From the human T2T-CHM13v2.0 reference genome, Homo sapiens, in the NCBI RefSeq assembly GCF_009914755.1, contig NC_060931.1: a DNA stretch of 64,000 bases; one strand, written 5' to 3'. The notes under the pieces were generated by a model that did not search any database, was not told the DNA's origin, and worked only from the letters and a program-made list of their open reading frames with translations. Positions 39,064-55,024 of this stretch are shown piece after piece. A program made the translations under genes and the position numbers. The stretch's first letter is position 1. The number at the start of each line of letters is the position of its first letter.

Positions 39064-40855
39064 TGGTCAAAAGTAAAACTTATTTTTATCCTTTCATGGA
39101 GCAATGGTGAAATAATCATTCTATCTGGAGGAAGTATGGAATGAACATACATTAAAACAATTCTTTAAACTGAGTCCTAAGAATATAGAAGAGGTATAGA
39201 AATCATGTGATTTATTATGTTTTCTACATATAAACCCTTCCTGGACAGAAATTAGGGGGCAGTGGAGGAGGAGAAGAAAAGGAAAAAAAAAATGTTTTTT
39301 TAATTTTAAAGCCTAACCATAGATTGTAGTTTCAGAAAGTACAAGGAGAAGTGACACCAAACTTTGAACCTCACTTGACTCTAAAAATGGGAAGATCTAC
39401 AGGTGATGAGAAAGAATTGCACTTTGAAATGGCAACTTTTACCATCAATTTTTTTCTGTTATGTTGCATATTAAATATGCTCAATTTATTATGGGCCTTC
39501 AATTTCCACAAATAAAATACTCGTCCAGTATGTACTGAAATACCTATCTGCTAAATATTTATAAAGTAACCTTTGTCAGTACTATGCCAGTTCACAGCCT
39601 GCAATGTTTTATTGTTATTATTCTGACTTCATTTGCCTGTTTTTTAAAGAATGTTCCAGTATCATTTTTACAAAATTGGAGGGAAGGGATTGAAAGCAAA
39701 AAGATGTAAGAACTCTTAAGTGAAAGCACAGAAATGGTGTCAGAAAATAAAATAAATTAGCTTTAAAAGAGGCTGCATGGTAAGAAAAGGATGTAAACTT
39801 TTTAAATGTTGTTTCTAAGGAACTCTAATTTTGATGCCAAAATTAGATGGTGACATATTGAGGTATATAACAGGACTGTAAAGCTAAATTTAGATGTTCC
39901 TTCTTTAAAGCATCCGCCAGCTCCTAGACCACTTATTGAATAGGTAACTTGTGCTAAACAGTTATGTACATTATTTCAGTTAAAGCTCAAAATGTGTATG
40001 CATTATAGAGAAACTGGACTCCGGAGAAGGACTCCGGAGAAGGTTACCTATTTGCCCTAGGTAAACATCAGTGACCAAGTTCATATGAAAATCCTGCCTG
40101 ACTCCAAAGCATGTGATCATTCCTCTAAATCAAGTTGTCCCTCATACCATCCACCCCTCTTCAGCATCTACTTTATATTGACTGTCCCCTTAAATCCTCA
40201 CAACCCTATGTGAGGTGAGCATTATCATCTTTATTATAAGGATAAGGAAAACTAGCACAATGAGGTTAGGCAACTTTCCAGAATTTAGCTTCTGGTCCCT
40301 GGCTCCAAAGCCCATATATTCTATCCAATATATTTTGCTGCTTTCAGCTCTAACAATCTACAAATCTATCATCACGCAACAATCTATTCCTTTACAGGAA
40401 ACCATGATTCTGTGCAGGAAGATCGAGTCAGACGTGATATTTCATTACCAGCCCAACTCTCATCTTTCTCCCTTCACACGTTCCATATCACCTCTCCTCC
40501 CAGCAAAATGACCAGACATCTTCTCATAGATTGGCATTACTATCAGCTACTCCCCCTACCACACCTATAGATGACCATAAACGATGAAGAAAAGTAGGAG
40601 GAAATGTTCCCACCAAGAAAAGGTCATTGGGGCCACTTTTACAGTCTGCCATATTCTACCTGATAATCTTACTCCAACAAGCCCAAGGATCAGGTCAAAT
40701 TCAATACATATTTAAAATAAAAATTTAAATATTCCCATTGTCATTTTGATCTTATGTCATTATCAGCTGGTTGACGGCAGGCAACATTTCTAAGTCTGTG
40801 ACTTCATCTATAAAATGAATATGATATCAAATGACCCTTCAACCTTAGAGCTCTA

Positions 40856-41311
<456 letters not shown>

Positions 41312-41690
41312 CTACTCAGAGGCAGGTGTGCATGCACACATGTCTAATCTGAAACAAGTGACAAAAACAATCTAGAGTTTATTCTTGCCAACCTGAAATG
41401 AATCACCTATTTTTACCTCATCTGCATTCAAGAGGGGGCCCAGACTGATCCAAAAGAGCCAATGAACCATGTTCACCATTGAGTCTCGAGGCAAGCCGGA
41501 TCTCCAATCCTTAAAGTGACCTCTGGCTTGACTGCAGCTATCAACTGAACATGAGGAATGGAAAGCTACAAAAGCCTAAAGCTTACCACAGAAGTAGCAT
41601 TTCAAATATAAATCTACTTCTGTATTTTATTAATTCTGGTAGAAGGTGAGGCCAGGGCTCAAAAAGCCTGGATATCTTAACATTCTAATC

Positions 41691-41992
41691 GTTTTTTATT
41701 CTTCTTCTTCCTTTTTAGAGACACGGTCTCACTCTGTCACTCAGGCTGGGGTACACTAACTCACCGTAGACTCCAACTCCTGGCCTCAAGTGATCCTCTC
41801 ACCTCAGCCTCCAGAGTAGCTGGGACTCCAGGCCCGCTACCATCCCAGCTCCTTTTTCTTTTATTATCTGGGTAGATAAGGGGAATCCCTATGTTCCCCA
41901 GGCTTGTCTTAAACTCCTGGCTTCAAGCAATCCTTCCCCATCAGCCTCCCAAAGTGCAGGGATTACTTCCATGTGAGCCAATGCACCCCGCC
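41691..41992 (-). mobile_element. AluJ
   Basis: TSD acattctaatc at 41680-41690 and 41994-42004. Confidence 0.88.
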
Positions 41993-42099
41993 TACATTCT
42001 AATCTTAATTCTCTAAATCTAGATGATGACACTTCACAGTTGAGGAGCCTGAGATAGGATCAAAGGTGGCAAGATTACAATTAAAATCCTAAAGTCATT

Positions 42100-42337
42100 T
42101 GTAATCCCAACACTTTGGGAGGACAATGCAGACAGATCACCTGAGGTCAGGAGTTCAAGACTAGTCTGGCCGACATGGTGAAACCCTCTCTCTACTAAAA
42201 ATACACAAATTAGCCGGGCGTGGTAGTGCATGCCTTGAACCCAGGAGGTGGAGGCTGCAGTGAGCCAAGACCGCACCATTGCACTCCAGTCTGGGTAACA
42301 GAGAGAGACTCCATCTCAAAAAAAAAAAAAAAAAAAA
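42100..42337 (+). mobile_element. AluS, 5'-clipped with a right-arm deletion
   Basis: tgtaatcccaacactttggg ... A tail. Confidence 0.88.
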
Positions 42338-42974
42338 CCACATGCCAAGCAATCTCAAATAACGAACGGTAAATTTAGGGCTGTGAAGAAACTTGAGAAT
42401 TACAATAGACTGAATTTGCAGCAAGACAAAAAAAAATTTTAATTTCAGTTACAAAGATGTTATTATCTCTAAACCATAACACAATAAGAATCTGCAGCTC
42501 AGCAGATTACCTAAATTCACACGTGAGAAGTGGAATGAACAAAATTTACCAGTCCAATCCAGAGACCTTTGTCGGGAATTCTGGCTGCTGCCATCAATAA
42601 AATGGAAGAGAAACAGCCAAGGTAACTGAGTTGGAGTCCCAACTCTGCCATTAATAAGATGAGTGTGCCTCCAAGGTTCAGAACTTGTGGGTATTTCAAA
42701 CATTGAGTGGGAACTTCTAGAAGGAAAGAGCTGCCATAAAGAAGCCCCACGAGGGCTGAAGAGCTGGCAGGGGTAGAGGGCCCAAGTCCCGTCCGCTGGT
42801 CAGGAGGCTTTTCCAGGCCAACCAAAACCACTGTAGTAGGTGGAGACCCCACTGAGTCCATGAGAACACAGAGAAGTTGGGGTAAAACCGCTATAAAAAG
42901 AAACATTTGCAAGGCTGTTCAGAAGGCAGTAAAACAAAAAGATACTGTCCAATATTTCCTATTAAAAAATACAG

Positions 42975-43721
<747 letters not shown>

Positions 43722-43755
<34 letters not shown>
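43722..43755. repeat. (CA)n microsatellite at the end of the retrocopy tail
   Basis: Directly visible. Confidence 0.97.
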
Positions 43756-43757
<2 letters not shown>

Positions 43758-44393
43758 CTTTTTCTTAGTATTTCCTAACCAAGTGGGAAAGAAATAAAAA
43801 TCTTTATTCAAATAAAATTTGTGTCTATAGGCCAAAGAACGTGCTAGGCACCAGAAACGTGAACATGAGACAGTTAAAGCTCCTTGCGTCTCGAGCTAGT
43901 GGAGTGAGAAGCACTGAGTCTCAGTACAAAGGTCTAGATGGTGCTCTAGGAGGCAGCAGGACCCTCTGCAGTGGGATGGTAAGGGCAGCGTGCAGGGGAC
44001 ATGGCATCTTCTCAGTGAGGTCCAGGCAGAGGGAAGTACACATTATGAAGATAAGAAGGGTAAAAGAGCCAGAAATGGCAGGATCAGTGAGGACTTTAGA
44101 TAAAGAGGACCACCAGACTGTGAACGACCTGTTTTAAGCTATATTAATGAGTCTCTTTTAGGAATATAATTCTGGGGATGATGCAAAGGGCGGAGGAACA
44201 GGAAGAGAGGCTAGTGAACAATATTTGAGGGCAAATGAGGAATGACAGATGAAAGCAGTACAGCGAGTTTTGACGGAAGCATTTGGAGAGGACTCCTGCA
44301 AAGAAACCGGTAGGATCTAGTGACCAACTAGATACAGACTACGGGGGAAAATGAGGAGATAAAGTAACTCGGGCTTCTGCATTTAGAAAACAC

Positions 44394-44563
44394 TTTTTTT
44401 CCCCTCAAGAGACAAGTTCTCTCTGTTGCCCAGGCTAGAGTGCGGTGGTTATTCACAGGCACAATCTTCATGCACTATGGCCTTGAACTCCTGGGCTCAA
44501 GTGATCCTCCCACCTCAGCTGCCAGAGTAGCCACAACTACAGGCACACATCATCGCACCCAGC
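44394..44563 (-). mobile_element. FAM (fossil Alu monomer)
   Basis: Contains the FAM/7SL-like segment tattcacaggcacaatc. Confidence 0.8.
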
Positions 44564-45059
44564 TGGAGACACTTTTAAAAATTAAATAGCAGAGTGACAA
44601 AATGTTAGGTCACCGCGAGGCAGGATAAAGCCTGTGGGCCCCACTGTTGTAGACCCTGGCAATTAACAACTAGCATGAGTAGGAAGCCTGGCAGAGAGAG
44701 GATAATGGCTCTAGCAGCTGCTGCAAAAAGAAAAGCTGGAAGGTTACATCGGCAAAAATCCTTACTATTTGCTAGAGTAAGATTAGGGAACTTAATTCTA
44801 TTCTTACATAGACCTTACAAAATTTCTTGTTGCCTTCTACTTTCTTTCAAAGATATTTATGATGTTCATTTAAACACAGACAGAAAGTTACACACAGAGT
44901 AATTTCTGTCACCGACCCCAGAGCCCCTAAGGACAGCCATAAACCAAAAGGAATATTTATTCCCTCCCCCTCACCCTGCAACATTTTACAAGAAAGAAAA
45001 CTGAATGAAGCACAGGCCATATGATCTATCTTTCATTACGGTCAGGAAAGATTAGACAA

Positions 45060-45340
45060 GATAATGAGTTTGGTTTAGGGCCAGTTATATTTGAGATGTC
45101 GACAGACATTTAGGTAGTGATGTAAAGTAGACAGCTGGACATATAGATCTGTGGCTCAGAATACAGAGCTACAGATATAAATGTGGTAGTCACCAGCCCA
45201 CAAATGGTATTAACACCATGGAAACAGATGCGATCATTTTCAAAGAGAATGCAGATGAGAAGAGCAACAGACCTACGACAGTGACACTGAGGAAGGGCCA
45301 ACATTTAGATAAAACCAACAAAGAAACTGAGAGGTACTGC
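45060..45340 (-). mobile_element. L2 fragment
   Basis: gagtttggttt.gg...tttgagatg...agtagacagctgga.atat.gatctg. Confidence 0.6.
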
Positions 45341-46196
45341 TTTGGGTTCAACTTCTATCTACTTCTTCACTAATCAAAGACAGAAACCTTTTCTATTAAA
45401 GCATATATATTTTTTTTCAGTGCCAAATACTGAAGTATTGGAGTACTGAAGACAATCAACTATAAATTTTAACAATTTCAGTAAGTTGCCAGCAGTTAGT
45501 GACAGCAATCTTTCACTTTCCCTGAACTGTCAGAGAGAAATGGATTCCACTTAAGTGACATTTCCCAATAAAGGAAGCTTTTCCCTTTTTGTGAACAGCT
45601 CATAGCTCAAATTCTTCCAAGAGCCAGGCAGGTGAGTGAGAAGCACTAAGATTCAGACAGTAAATGCTGGGTCCTAGTTCTACTGGAGTGGGCCTGTGCC
45701 TCCTAAGGGCATTCACATTCAGTCTTCTGTAGAGAAAACTTGAGGGCCCTGGTACTTGCGGTACCATGTGACCTAGAAATCCAAACCATGCTTCCATGGG
45801 CTTTTTAACGACTGCACAAGGCCACATAGTAACAAACTTTCTTACATTTATCATCTCCAAGGTCTTTTCTCCAGCTATTAACCATTTTTCTCTATATACT
45901 AACTAAGTCCTCATAAACTCTGTGTTGTAAAAGAGACAATTCAAAAAATGATCGGTTCTGTGGCTTGGGTAAGTTATCTCACAGCCTCACTTTTTCGTCT
46001 GTAAAATACAGATGATTAATAATATTGTTATGAGGACTAACTGAAAGCGTGCTTGAAGTGAGGTCGTTAATGGTGAGGAAGAGGGGAAGAGAAGGTGAGT
46101 AAATGACGATGTCCTTTAAGTACATCACTGATGATCAAAGTGCCAATAATGCCTACACAACTACAAATAACACCGGAGTGCCATACATACCAAAAA

Positions 46197-46210
46197 ACAC
46201 ACACACACAT

Positions 46211-46253
<43 letters not shown>
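46197..46253. repeat. (CA)n microsatellite
   Basis: Directly visible. Confidence 0.97.
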
Positions 46254-46256
<3 letters not shown>

Positions 46257-46421
46257 GTTATACCTTTTCTTGGTTTTTAATTGTTCAAAGTTTTTAACTA
46301 TTAACTGAACAAAATATGACAATTAAATGGTACCTAACAAAATGCATCACTAAAAAGAAGAAGTTTAATTCTTGGTATTTTAATTGACTGTATTAACCAC
46401 CTATTTTTTTTAAAAAAAAGT

Positions 46422-46553
46422 TTTTTATTTTTATAGAGATGGTACCTCACTATGTTGCCCAGGCTGGTTTTGAACTCCTGGGCTTAAGTGATCCTCTTGC
46501 CTTGTGACTCCCAAAGTACTGGGATTATAGGGCATGAGCTGTCATGCTTGGCC
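46422..46553 (-). mobile_element. FLAM_C-like monomer
   Basis: Single left arm in reverse orientation. Confidence 0.85.
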
Positions 46554-46563
46554 TTAACAATCT

Positions 46564-46843
46564 TTTTTTTTTTTTTTTGAGACAGAGTTTCACTCTTGGT
46601 GCCCAGGCTGGAGTGCAATGGTGCAACCTCCACCTCCCGGGTTCAAGCGAATCTCCTGCCTCAGCCTCTCGAGTAGCTGGGATTACAGGCATGCACCACC
46701 ACACCCGATTAATTCTGTATTTTTAGTAGAGAGGGGTTTCTCCATGCTGGTCAGGCTGGTCTCGAACTACCAACCTCAGGTGATCTGCCCGCCTCGGCCT
46801 CCCAAACTGCTGGGATTACAGGCGTGAGCCACTGCGCCCAGTC
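46564..46843 (-). mobile_element. AluSp-like element
   Basis: TSD ggccttaacaatctttt at 46550-46566 and 46844-46860. Confidence 0.92.
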
Positions 46844-47002
46844 GGCCTTAACAATCTTTTAAATCATCTCCGGAAAAGGTTGGTACTACTTAAAGGAAGC
46901 AAATTTTATAGTCCTAAAAAGTCAGAATCACATTTATATTTAAACACCAGTATCCTAGCCTAAGAAATCACACAGTTCTCTTCAGATAGAAAAGAACTGG
47001 AT

Positions 47003-47322
47003 TAGGGGTGGTGGCACAAGTACTTAATTCCAATACTTTCAGAGGATGAGGAAACAAGATTGTTTAAGTCCAGGAATCTGAGAGTAGACTGAGCAACACA
47101 GCGAGATGCCATCTTTACAAAAAATTTAAAAAAAAAAAAAAAAAAAAAGTCAGGCATGGTGGTGTGCACCTATAGTCTCAGCTACTTGGGAGGCTGTTGT
47201 GGGAGAATCATTTGAGCTCCAGGGTTGAGGCTGCAGTGAGCTATGATCATACCACTACACTCCAGCCTGGTAACAGAGCAAGACCCTACCTCTTAACAAA
47301 AAACAAATAAACAAACAAAAAA
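47003..47322 (+). mobile_element. AluJ (diverged)
   Basis: Dimer with long A linker. Confidence 0.85.
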
Positions 47323-47349
47323 GATTTGAAACTAAAAATTCAAAGGTTA

Positions 47350-47633
47350 GTCCGGGCGCGATGGCTCACGCCTGTAATCCCAGCACTTTAGGAGGCCCGA
47401 GGCAGGCAGATCACGAGGTCAGGAGATTGAGACCATCCTAGCTAACACGGTGAAACCCCGTCTCTACTAAAAAATACAAAAAAAAATTAGCCGGGTGTGG
47501 TGTTGGGCGCCTGGGCTGAGGCAGGAGAACGGCGTGAACCCGGGAGGCAGAGCTTGCAATGAGCCGAGATCGTGCCACTGCACTCCAGCCTGGGTGACAG
47601 ACCGAAGCTCCATCTCAAAAAAAAAAAAAAAAA
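47350..47633 (+). mobile_element. AluY with a small right-arm deletion
   Basis: gctaacacggtg and ggcgtgaacccgggagg. TSD aaaaattcaaaggtta. Confidence 0.93.
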
Positions 47634-48740
47634 TTCAAAGGTTAAACCAGGCTGGTCTAGGAGAGGGTGGAAAATAACAAAACTGTCAATTCTGTCCACG
47701 TGTGCTAGTTGTGTCTGTTCTATTTGATGACCAAGGACATCACACCTCGTCTCTCAGCCTTCTTGAGGCATATAAATGGAAGTGACTGGAGAAAAGACAT
47801 GAAGAGCACATCCTGTTTCACACATCTGCAGCCTGATGCGGGCCACCTTGTACATATAAACAATGGACATCTTTGTTGTTCAGATATTATACTCTGAGGC
47901 ATAGGGGTTTGGAGCTCCAAAACATAGCTTTTAGAGCATCTCTAATATTAACTGGTATGTGACATTCTTAAGTCATACACTTACTGGTTTTTTTAATCTA
48001 CAAAGTGAGAATAAAGCCATCTACATTACTTATCAACAAGGATTTTTTTAAAGAACTAAATAGTGAACAGGAAAATGCTCTGTAAAATGAAAGGCATTTA
48101 AGTTATTTCTTCCCTGGCTAGGACACAGCTAGAAGAACAGTACTAGTATAATTTAAAATAATCATTCTTGGTTTTCTTAAAGAACAGAAAAAAAAAAACT
48201 GGTCAAATTCCTTTGTACTAAGTTCCCAGACTCTAAATGCCTGAATTTCAAATACTGGAAGTTATCAGTTTATAAGAATCCCATCTAGAACCTGAGTTGT
48301 ATCAATTCACCATTTTGGGCATCAGTTTTTCTATCTAATGTATAAAACAAGGGTGTAAGATGACCCAGACTTCCATGTTCTTTTCTTGCTATCATGCTTT
48401 TTCATTCCATTCATCATCCTATATATGTCTGGTCAAAATCAAGCAATAATAGTTAAATGCTTTTGAATAGCAAATAAAAAATATTAAAATGCTACATCAT
48501 TCATAAATGAACTTTTAACTTCCAAAACCTCAACTATACTAAAGTTAAAAAAAATAGTAATTCTCAAATGTGGAGATTCCTCCTAATAATCTATTCTTAC
48601 GCATATGACCTAGAATGAGGATGACATATGATATGTAAATATTTTTCTCATATGAGCTCTTGTTGCCCATGTGCCTCTCAAAGCATGACCATTTCACTGA
48701 GCTAAGCGTTATTCTACTGTTAAAAAGTCGTGGCTACTTT

Positions 48741-49054
48741 GGCCAGGCACAGTGGCTCACGCCTATAATCTCAGCCCTATGGGAGTCCGAGGGAGGTGGA
48801 TCACCTAAGGTCAGGAGTCAAGACCAGCCTGGCCAACATGGTGAAACCCTGACTCTACTAAAAATACAAAAAATTAGCCAGACATGGTGGCAGGCACCTG
48901 TAATCCCAGCTACTCAGGAGGCTGAGGCAGGAGAATCACTTGAACCCAGGAGGCGGAGGGGAGGTTGCAGTGAGCCGAGATGGTGCCATTACACTCCAGC
49001 CTGGGCAACGGGAGCAAAACTCTGTCTAAACAAACAAACAAACAAACAAACAAA
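48741..49054 (+). mobile_element. AluS with (CAAA)n tail
   Basis: Full dimer. Confidence 0.92.
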
Positions 49055-50055
49055 CATACTTTGTACCACATGCCCTTACATGCAAACAATGCAAGAAAAA
49101 AAAAACAAAAACCTGATGTGTTGCATCACTGGACAAAAGTTGGCTGTGTTGGATTTACAGAAGTATGTCATCAGTCACTGTAATTTCACATTTGGAGATA
49201 TACAGGTTTTCCCTTACATGCATGCAAAACACTAGGCCACTGACTCCTAATAGGGATTTTTAAGTTCGAAATTACAAAATGTACCAAATCACACCAAGGA
49301 ACTAAATGGAGCCTTGTTCTTAGAAAAAGTTAACTTCAGTAGATCTACTTTAAAAACATTTAAATTGGAAGAATATTTTTTGGAAAATGCTTGACTTGTA
49401 CTGATCTAAAAGCTCTTCTCCAAATTCATCATGAATATCTGGTCCAAAGAATCGGAAAACCTTTAGTGGTCCCCATAAAACCTGTAATTCCATTAAACAA
49501 GTAGATGAACCGCTTAACTACTATGATAATCAGCTCCATTTTTTTCACCAGCTGTTAAATCTTTTCTAGCAACTCTGGGGAGGCAAGGGATAATAACTTT
49601 GTTTTTCTTCAGGAGCTAGAGGTACTGCCAAGCAGAGCCTAAGCTGCCACTAGGAACATGGCTGATATTAGGGCAGCAACAGCAACAGAAGCTACTCAGG
49701 GGTACGTGGCAGTGGAGGAATGAAATGAGGATGAAATGGACACTGCACAACTCATTACACCCAAACACAATTTCTTCATTTGTGTACTTTGAAATAAATA
49801 CTTACATCTATGTTGAAATGAAGTAACTATAACAGGACAACGCCATAGCAATAAATACATCAATACACCTTTTCCTTCAACAAAAGGCACCCCAAAAAAC
49901 TGACAGCCCTAAACTGAGGCAAAGGTCACATGTAAAAGATCTGGTGTTTCTTATATCACAGGCACCCAAGGGTTCCTCTAGAGAAGTCTTTCATTTATTC
50001 AAACACAGACTGTCAAATTATAACTGATGAATACTCAGTAAGAAAGGAGGCAAGC

Positions 50056-50191
50056 TTTTTTCTTTTCTTTTTTTAGAGACAGGGTCTCACTATGTTACCC
50101 AGGCTGGTCTTGAACTCCTGGGGTCAAGCTATGCTCCTGCCTTGGCCTCCCAAAGTGCTGGGATTACTGGTGTGAGCCACTGTACCCTGCC
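50056..50191 (-). mobile_element. FLAM_C-like monomer
   Basis: Single left arm in reverse orientation. Confidence 0.85.
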
Positions 50192-51414
50192 ACAAGCATT
50201 TTTTATGAAAAAGACTGGGCTGAACAGCAACAACAAAAATTCTTTCCTCTAAGCTTAATCCCACAAGGCTTCCTTTTCAATAAATGAATATAATAACACC
50301 TACCATCATTTAATTGTAAACCTTCCACAGCTCTGCATTAAACAGAGGCTTCTCCTACAGGCTAAAGATTGTGCTGGTCCCAGGAAAAAGATGTCCTTTT
50401 TGCATACTGGGCCCAAAGAGTATTTTAATAATCATTAGTAATCACCATGTGGGGGTGTGTCTGGTGATGGGTACAAGAATTGAAATTTGAATCCAAATTT
50501 GGGGGTTTTGTATTTTTTGTAAGCTCTAGCTAGACTGAATGGCAACAACAAACTGAGGCTAAATTCAGTGTCGTGGCTTGAGGGGGAAGAAGGAGCTGAC
50601 TACCATCATAAACCATAATTTCTCTACTGACCTTTATCTCTTTTATCAGACAACACAGAGTTCGTCTATATTAATTTATCTTTCCCTTTAAAACTGAACA
50701 TTTAAGAAACTACACTCCTTTTACTTTAAAACTGTTTTATGTTAGTAGAACATTAAAAAGAGGATATAACACCAGGCAAGTAATATGATGGCAGATAACT
50801 GAATATTTTTCTCCTTAAATGATGACAGAAAATTAAGCAGCTCCTTAAAATAAAAAATGCTCAAAATAACTTTATACAAGGACAAATAACTGAGTGCAGT
50901 TTCCTTTAAATTACTAATTTGAGTTACAATGAAGGAAATAAACTCTTGCCTGTAAAATATAATACTGTCAGGATAGAAAGGGCAAAAGAATTTTAAAAAA
51001 ACAAAAACAGAGTAGGGTGGAGCTTAGGAAACAAAGGGCAAAAGGAAGCAATATTCATTTAGGAACTAAAGAACAATAAAGGAAACAATCTTCATTTCTA
51101 AATTTAAAAAGAAAGGTTAAAATAACAGTTCACTGGCGTTCTCATCTGAAAAGAAAAAGTTGAGTGGTTTTTGAATTTTAAAATTAGGTAAAATTAAAAA
51201 TTTAATCCTTCAATCATATTAGCCACATTTAAAATGCTCATAGGTTTTACTGATATTATACTATCTTCCATCAGTGGAAGACAGACTGCCCAGAAATTCC
51301 ACTTAGGCAGCACTGGCCTAAGTATTTTAAACAATTTATAGAAATGATACTTTATATATCCATTGAGTAAGAATTTCTGCAACAAAATGATTAGTGAAAC
51401 ATTCCAATTATCAT

Positions 51415-51729
51415 CTTTCTTTTCTTTTTTTTTTCTTTTTTTTTTTGAGACAGAGTCTCCCTCTGTTGCCCAGGCTGGAGCCCAGTAGTGTGATCTCAGC
51501 TCACTGCAACCTCCTGTCTCCCAGGTTCAAGAAATTCTCATGCCTCAGCCTCCCGAGAAAGTGGGACTATAGGCACGCACCCCACGTCTGGCTAATTCTT
51601 GCATTTTTAGTAGAGACAAGGTTTCATCATGTTGGCCAGGCTGGTCTCAAACTCCTGACCTCAGGGGATCTGCCCGCCTCAGCCTCCCAAAGTCCTGGGA
51701 TTACAGGCGTGAGCCACCGCGCCCGACCC
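51415..51729 (-). mobile_element. AluS element
   Basis: Full reverse dimer. Confidence 0.92.
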
Positions 51730-53350
51730 AAGTTAGTATCTTTAAGTTAGGATTTCTTTAATCATAATTAACTGCGTAAAACCTAGGAAAAAAATACGTA
51801 AGATTTAACAGGTCAATCACCTGTCTTTAGAAAGAAGCACCTCTAACTATGGTACTCCATTTCGATGTTTAATACCCCCAGTGTCAAGGAATTCATCCAC
51901 TCTCTGTCACTCATTGTAAATGCTGCCATAATATTCCCACCAATTTCCAGAACAGATGAATAATATCTTGCTGCAAAGTCTACAGCATATCTTATAGCCT
52001 TCCATGCTAGGGGGAAAAATATATTTCTTTAGACTTTCTTTAAAAGACCTTACTTCATGCCCACAGGAAAATGTGCATGTATTATCTACAAACATCCTTG
52101 CTAAAACCTTTCAATGGCTCTTGGTAAACATCAGCATAAAATTCAAAGACCTTTCTTTGCCACCTGGTCACTATATACCCCTCTCATCTATTTTCCCATC
52201 CTCTCCTCCATCTCTTTTCCCGCTTATGCAAGTATTTAGAGTTTCAAGATGGTGCCACAATGTTTCATTTCACCCTGATTTCTCAGATGCTGTTTCCTGG
52301 AATACTATTTAGACTAGATCCAAGCCGTCCTGAGACTACACAGAGAGCACGCCCCTGTCCCCCACAAAAGTAATTCAAATTCCAGAAAGAAAAATGAAAA
52401 GGTCTTGACCAAAAAGGTGATTACATTTTAGAACTGTCTTAGAAGGGGAACAAAATTAAGTAGTAATTTTATTGTAGTGCAACAAAATTAAGTCATTGAA
52501 AATATATTGAGCAACCAATCATGAGGCCATGGTTGAAAAGGTAAGGTTAGAGAATCTTAATTCCTGTACATCTTTATTTTAAAAAAAAACAAACAAACAA
52601 AAAAAACAAGCCAGCCATCTGTGTTGAATGTTTTGTCACCTGTTTAGAGTGAGAGGCTTGAATCACATAACTTCTTGAAATCCTTACAAAATTTAGATTC
52701 ATTAGCATAAATAGAATACCCAAATTTTCTCAGTGACTATGTCACTTAACTGCTAACATCAATGGCTCATTTAGCTGTTTCGTAAATGCTTGACTGAATA
52801 TAAGAATCTATTGATGAATCTTTTACCTCGTTACAGCTGATTGTACTGATCTTTGACTTACCCACACCCAATTAACACAGAAAGTACCACAATAATACTT
52901 AACTTTTACTAGAGTAAAGACCTAAAGAACAGAGACTAGTAAGTCAACACTATCTGGAATATTCTTCAATGTCATCTATACGACATTCAGAAAGAGGCTG
53001 TTTTGAGAATTTCAAGTGAGGGTGTAAGTTAAAAGGTTCTCTTATACACTGCCAATGACAACGTAAAGATGTATCTTTCTGAAAAACAAACACTCCTTTA
53101 TAAAGAGCCTTACAAATTGGCTTCACAAGTGATTCCATTTCTAAGACTCAATCAATAAAATTATGTACATCCATCCATATCATGAACTCAGTTCTATGCA
53201 ACCTTTATAAATGATACTACAGATGATTATTTAATAACATAAGAAAATTTGCATATGTTAAGTATAAAATGCCAGTTTGAAAATCATTTCTCAGTATGAT
53301 ACTGGATTGTACGGTTGGTGATGATGTTATCGTTGAAGTACATCTGCTTG

Positions 53351-53687
<337 letters not shown>

Positions 53688-54334
53688 TAGATCTTAGACT
53701 AAAACAAAAAATTGGCCAGAAAAAATTAATCATGGTGACTGAACTTTAATGATTAACAGCTCAGTGCCTTATCATCATTTTATCTGAAATTTCTAAAATA
53801 AATAAGCATTTAAGATATGTAGAAAAAAAGTTATGCTAAAATGATAATTAAGTTAGAGGAAAAGGTTTGGTTCTACCGGGGAAACTAATATTGTTTCTCC
53901 TTACAGATGAAAAGAGCAATGTTAATTATTTCCTTAGTATGGCTGTCAAGAAGCTTAAAGCCAATTTTGTTAGTCACCTTTACTAGTTGCACAGCAAATA
54001 CCCATATCTGCGTGTGCATCTGACTATCCTCCATCATAACCTTCTACTGTGATCTGCATTTTCTCTGACCCCCTTTTTTCTACTGCATTATAGGTAGTTA
54101 TCAAACTAGTCTCAATATATTTCCTGGGGGGAGGGTAGGTGAAGGGAGGAAAAGACAGATGGAAAAGAAGGAAAAGGGAAAGGCGGGGAATAATGAGGTG
54201 GCAGTTTTGAAAACAGAACATTTTTCTACCTCCACCATTTTCAGATTATTTATAAAGCTTAAGTTCTACCATAGTGGGTACATAAATATTTACAGAACAA
54301 ATCAATGATATCCAAGTTGAGAAACGCACATCTA

Positions 54335-54626
54335 GGCCAGGCACAGTGACTCTTGCCTGTAATCCCAGCACTTTGGGAGGCTGAGGCGGGCAGATCACCT
54401 GAGGTCAGGAGTTCAAGACCAGCCTGGCCAACATGGTGAAACCCTTTCTCTACTAAAAATACAAAAATTAGCTGGACGTGCTGGTGGGCACCTGTAATCC
54501 CAGCTACTCAGGAGGTTGAGGCAGGAGACTTGCTTGAACCTGGGAGGCAGAGGTTGCAATGAGTCAAGATTGCACTCCAGCCTGGGCGATAGTGTGAGTC
54601 CATCTCAAATTGAAAAAAAAAAAAAG
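54335..54626 (+). mobile_element. AluS element
   Basis: TSD aaa(c/t)gcacatct. Confidence 0.92.
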
Positions 54627-55024
54627 AGAGAGAGCGAGAACAAGAAAAATGCACATCTGTCAGGGCTCTTCCTATTACATACAGTTAATACCTTATTGAA
54701 TTTTGTACTGTTATTTTAGTATGGCTATTAGAGCAGTGATCTGCAGTGTTTGGCATGCCTCAAATGTCAGAAAAATCCAGAGACACACCTGTGAGCATCA
54801 AGATAATTTTACTTCCATTATTTCAATCTACAGCTAATGCTTAGTAATCACAGTATTTAAAAATCCCCTACAATAAGTCTGCACAAGTCTGTGGCTCACA
54901 AATTGAGAATCAATGTGCTATAGCACAGAAGAAAAATATTTACCATAGGCTGAATCTGAAGAGGAGATACTCTTATTGTTAAGGCTGTTTTGAGTTACTG
55001 TTTTGTTTCTAACTTGCACCATTA

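Noticed and set aside
40016-40043. Small tandem duplications (13 bp here; also 6609-6629, 9311-9332, 62171-62201)
   Set aside because: Ordinary slippage duplications. There are no spacers, so nothing CRISPR-like.
43756-43774. 19-nt minus-strand micro-exon with donor GAG|gtgtgt in the (UG)n
   Set aside because: Very short and frame-shifting, supported only by motifs that arise easily next to a TG repeat.
48660-49235. 191-aa ORF and many similar Alu-spanning ORFs
   Set aside because: They are standard Alu-derived peptides.
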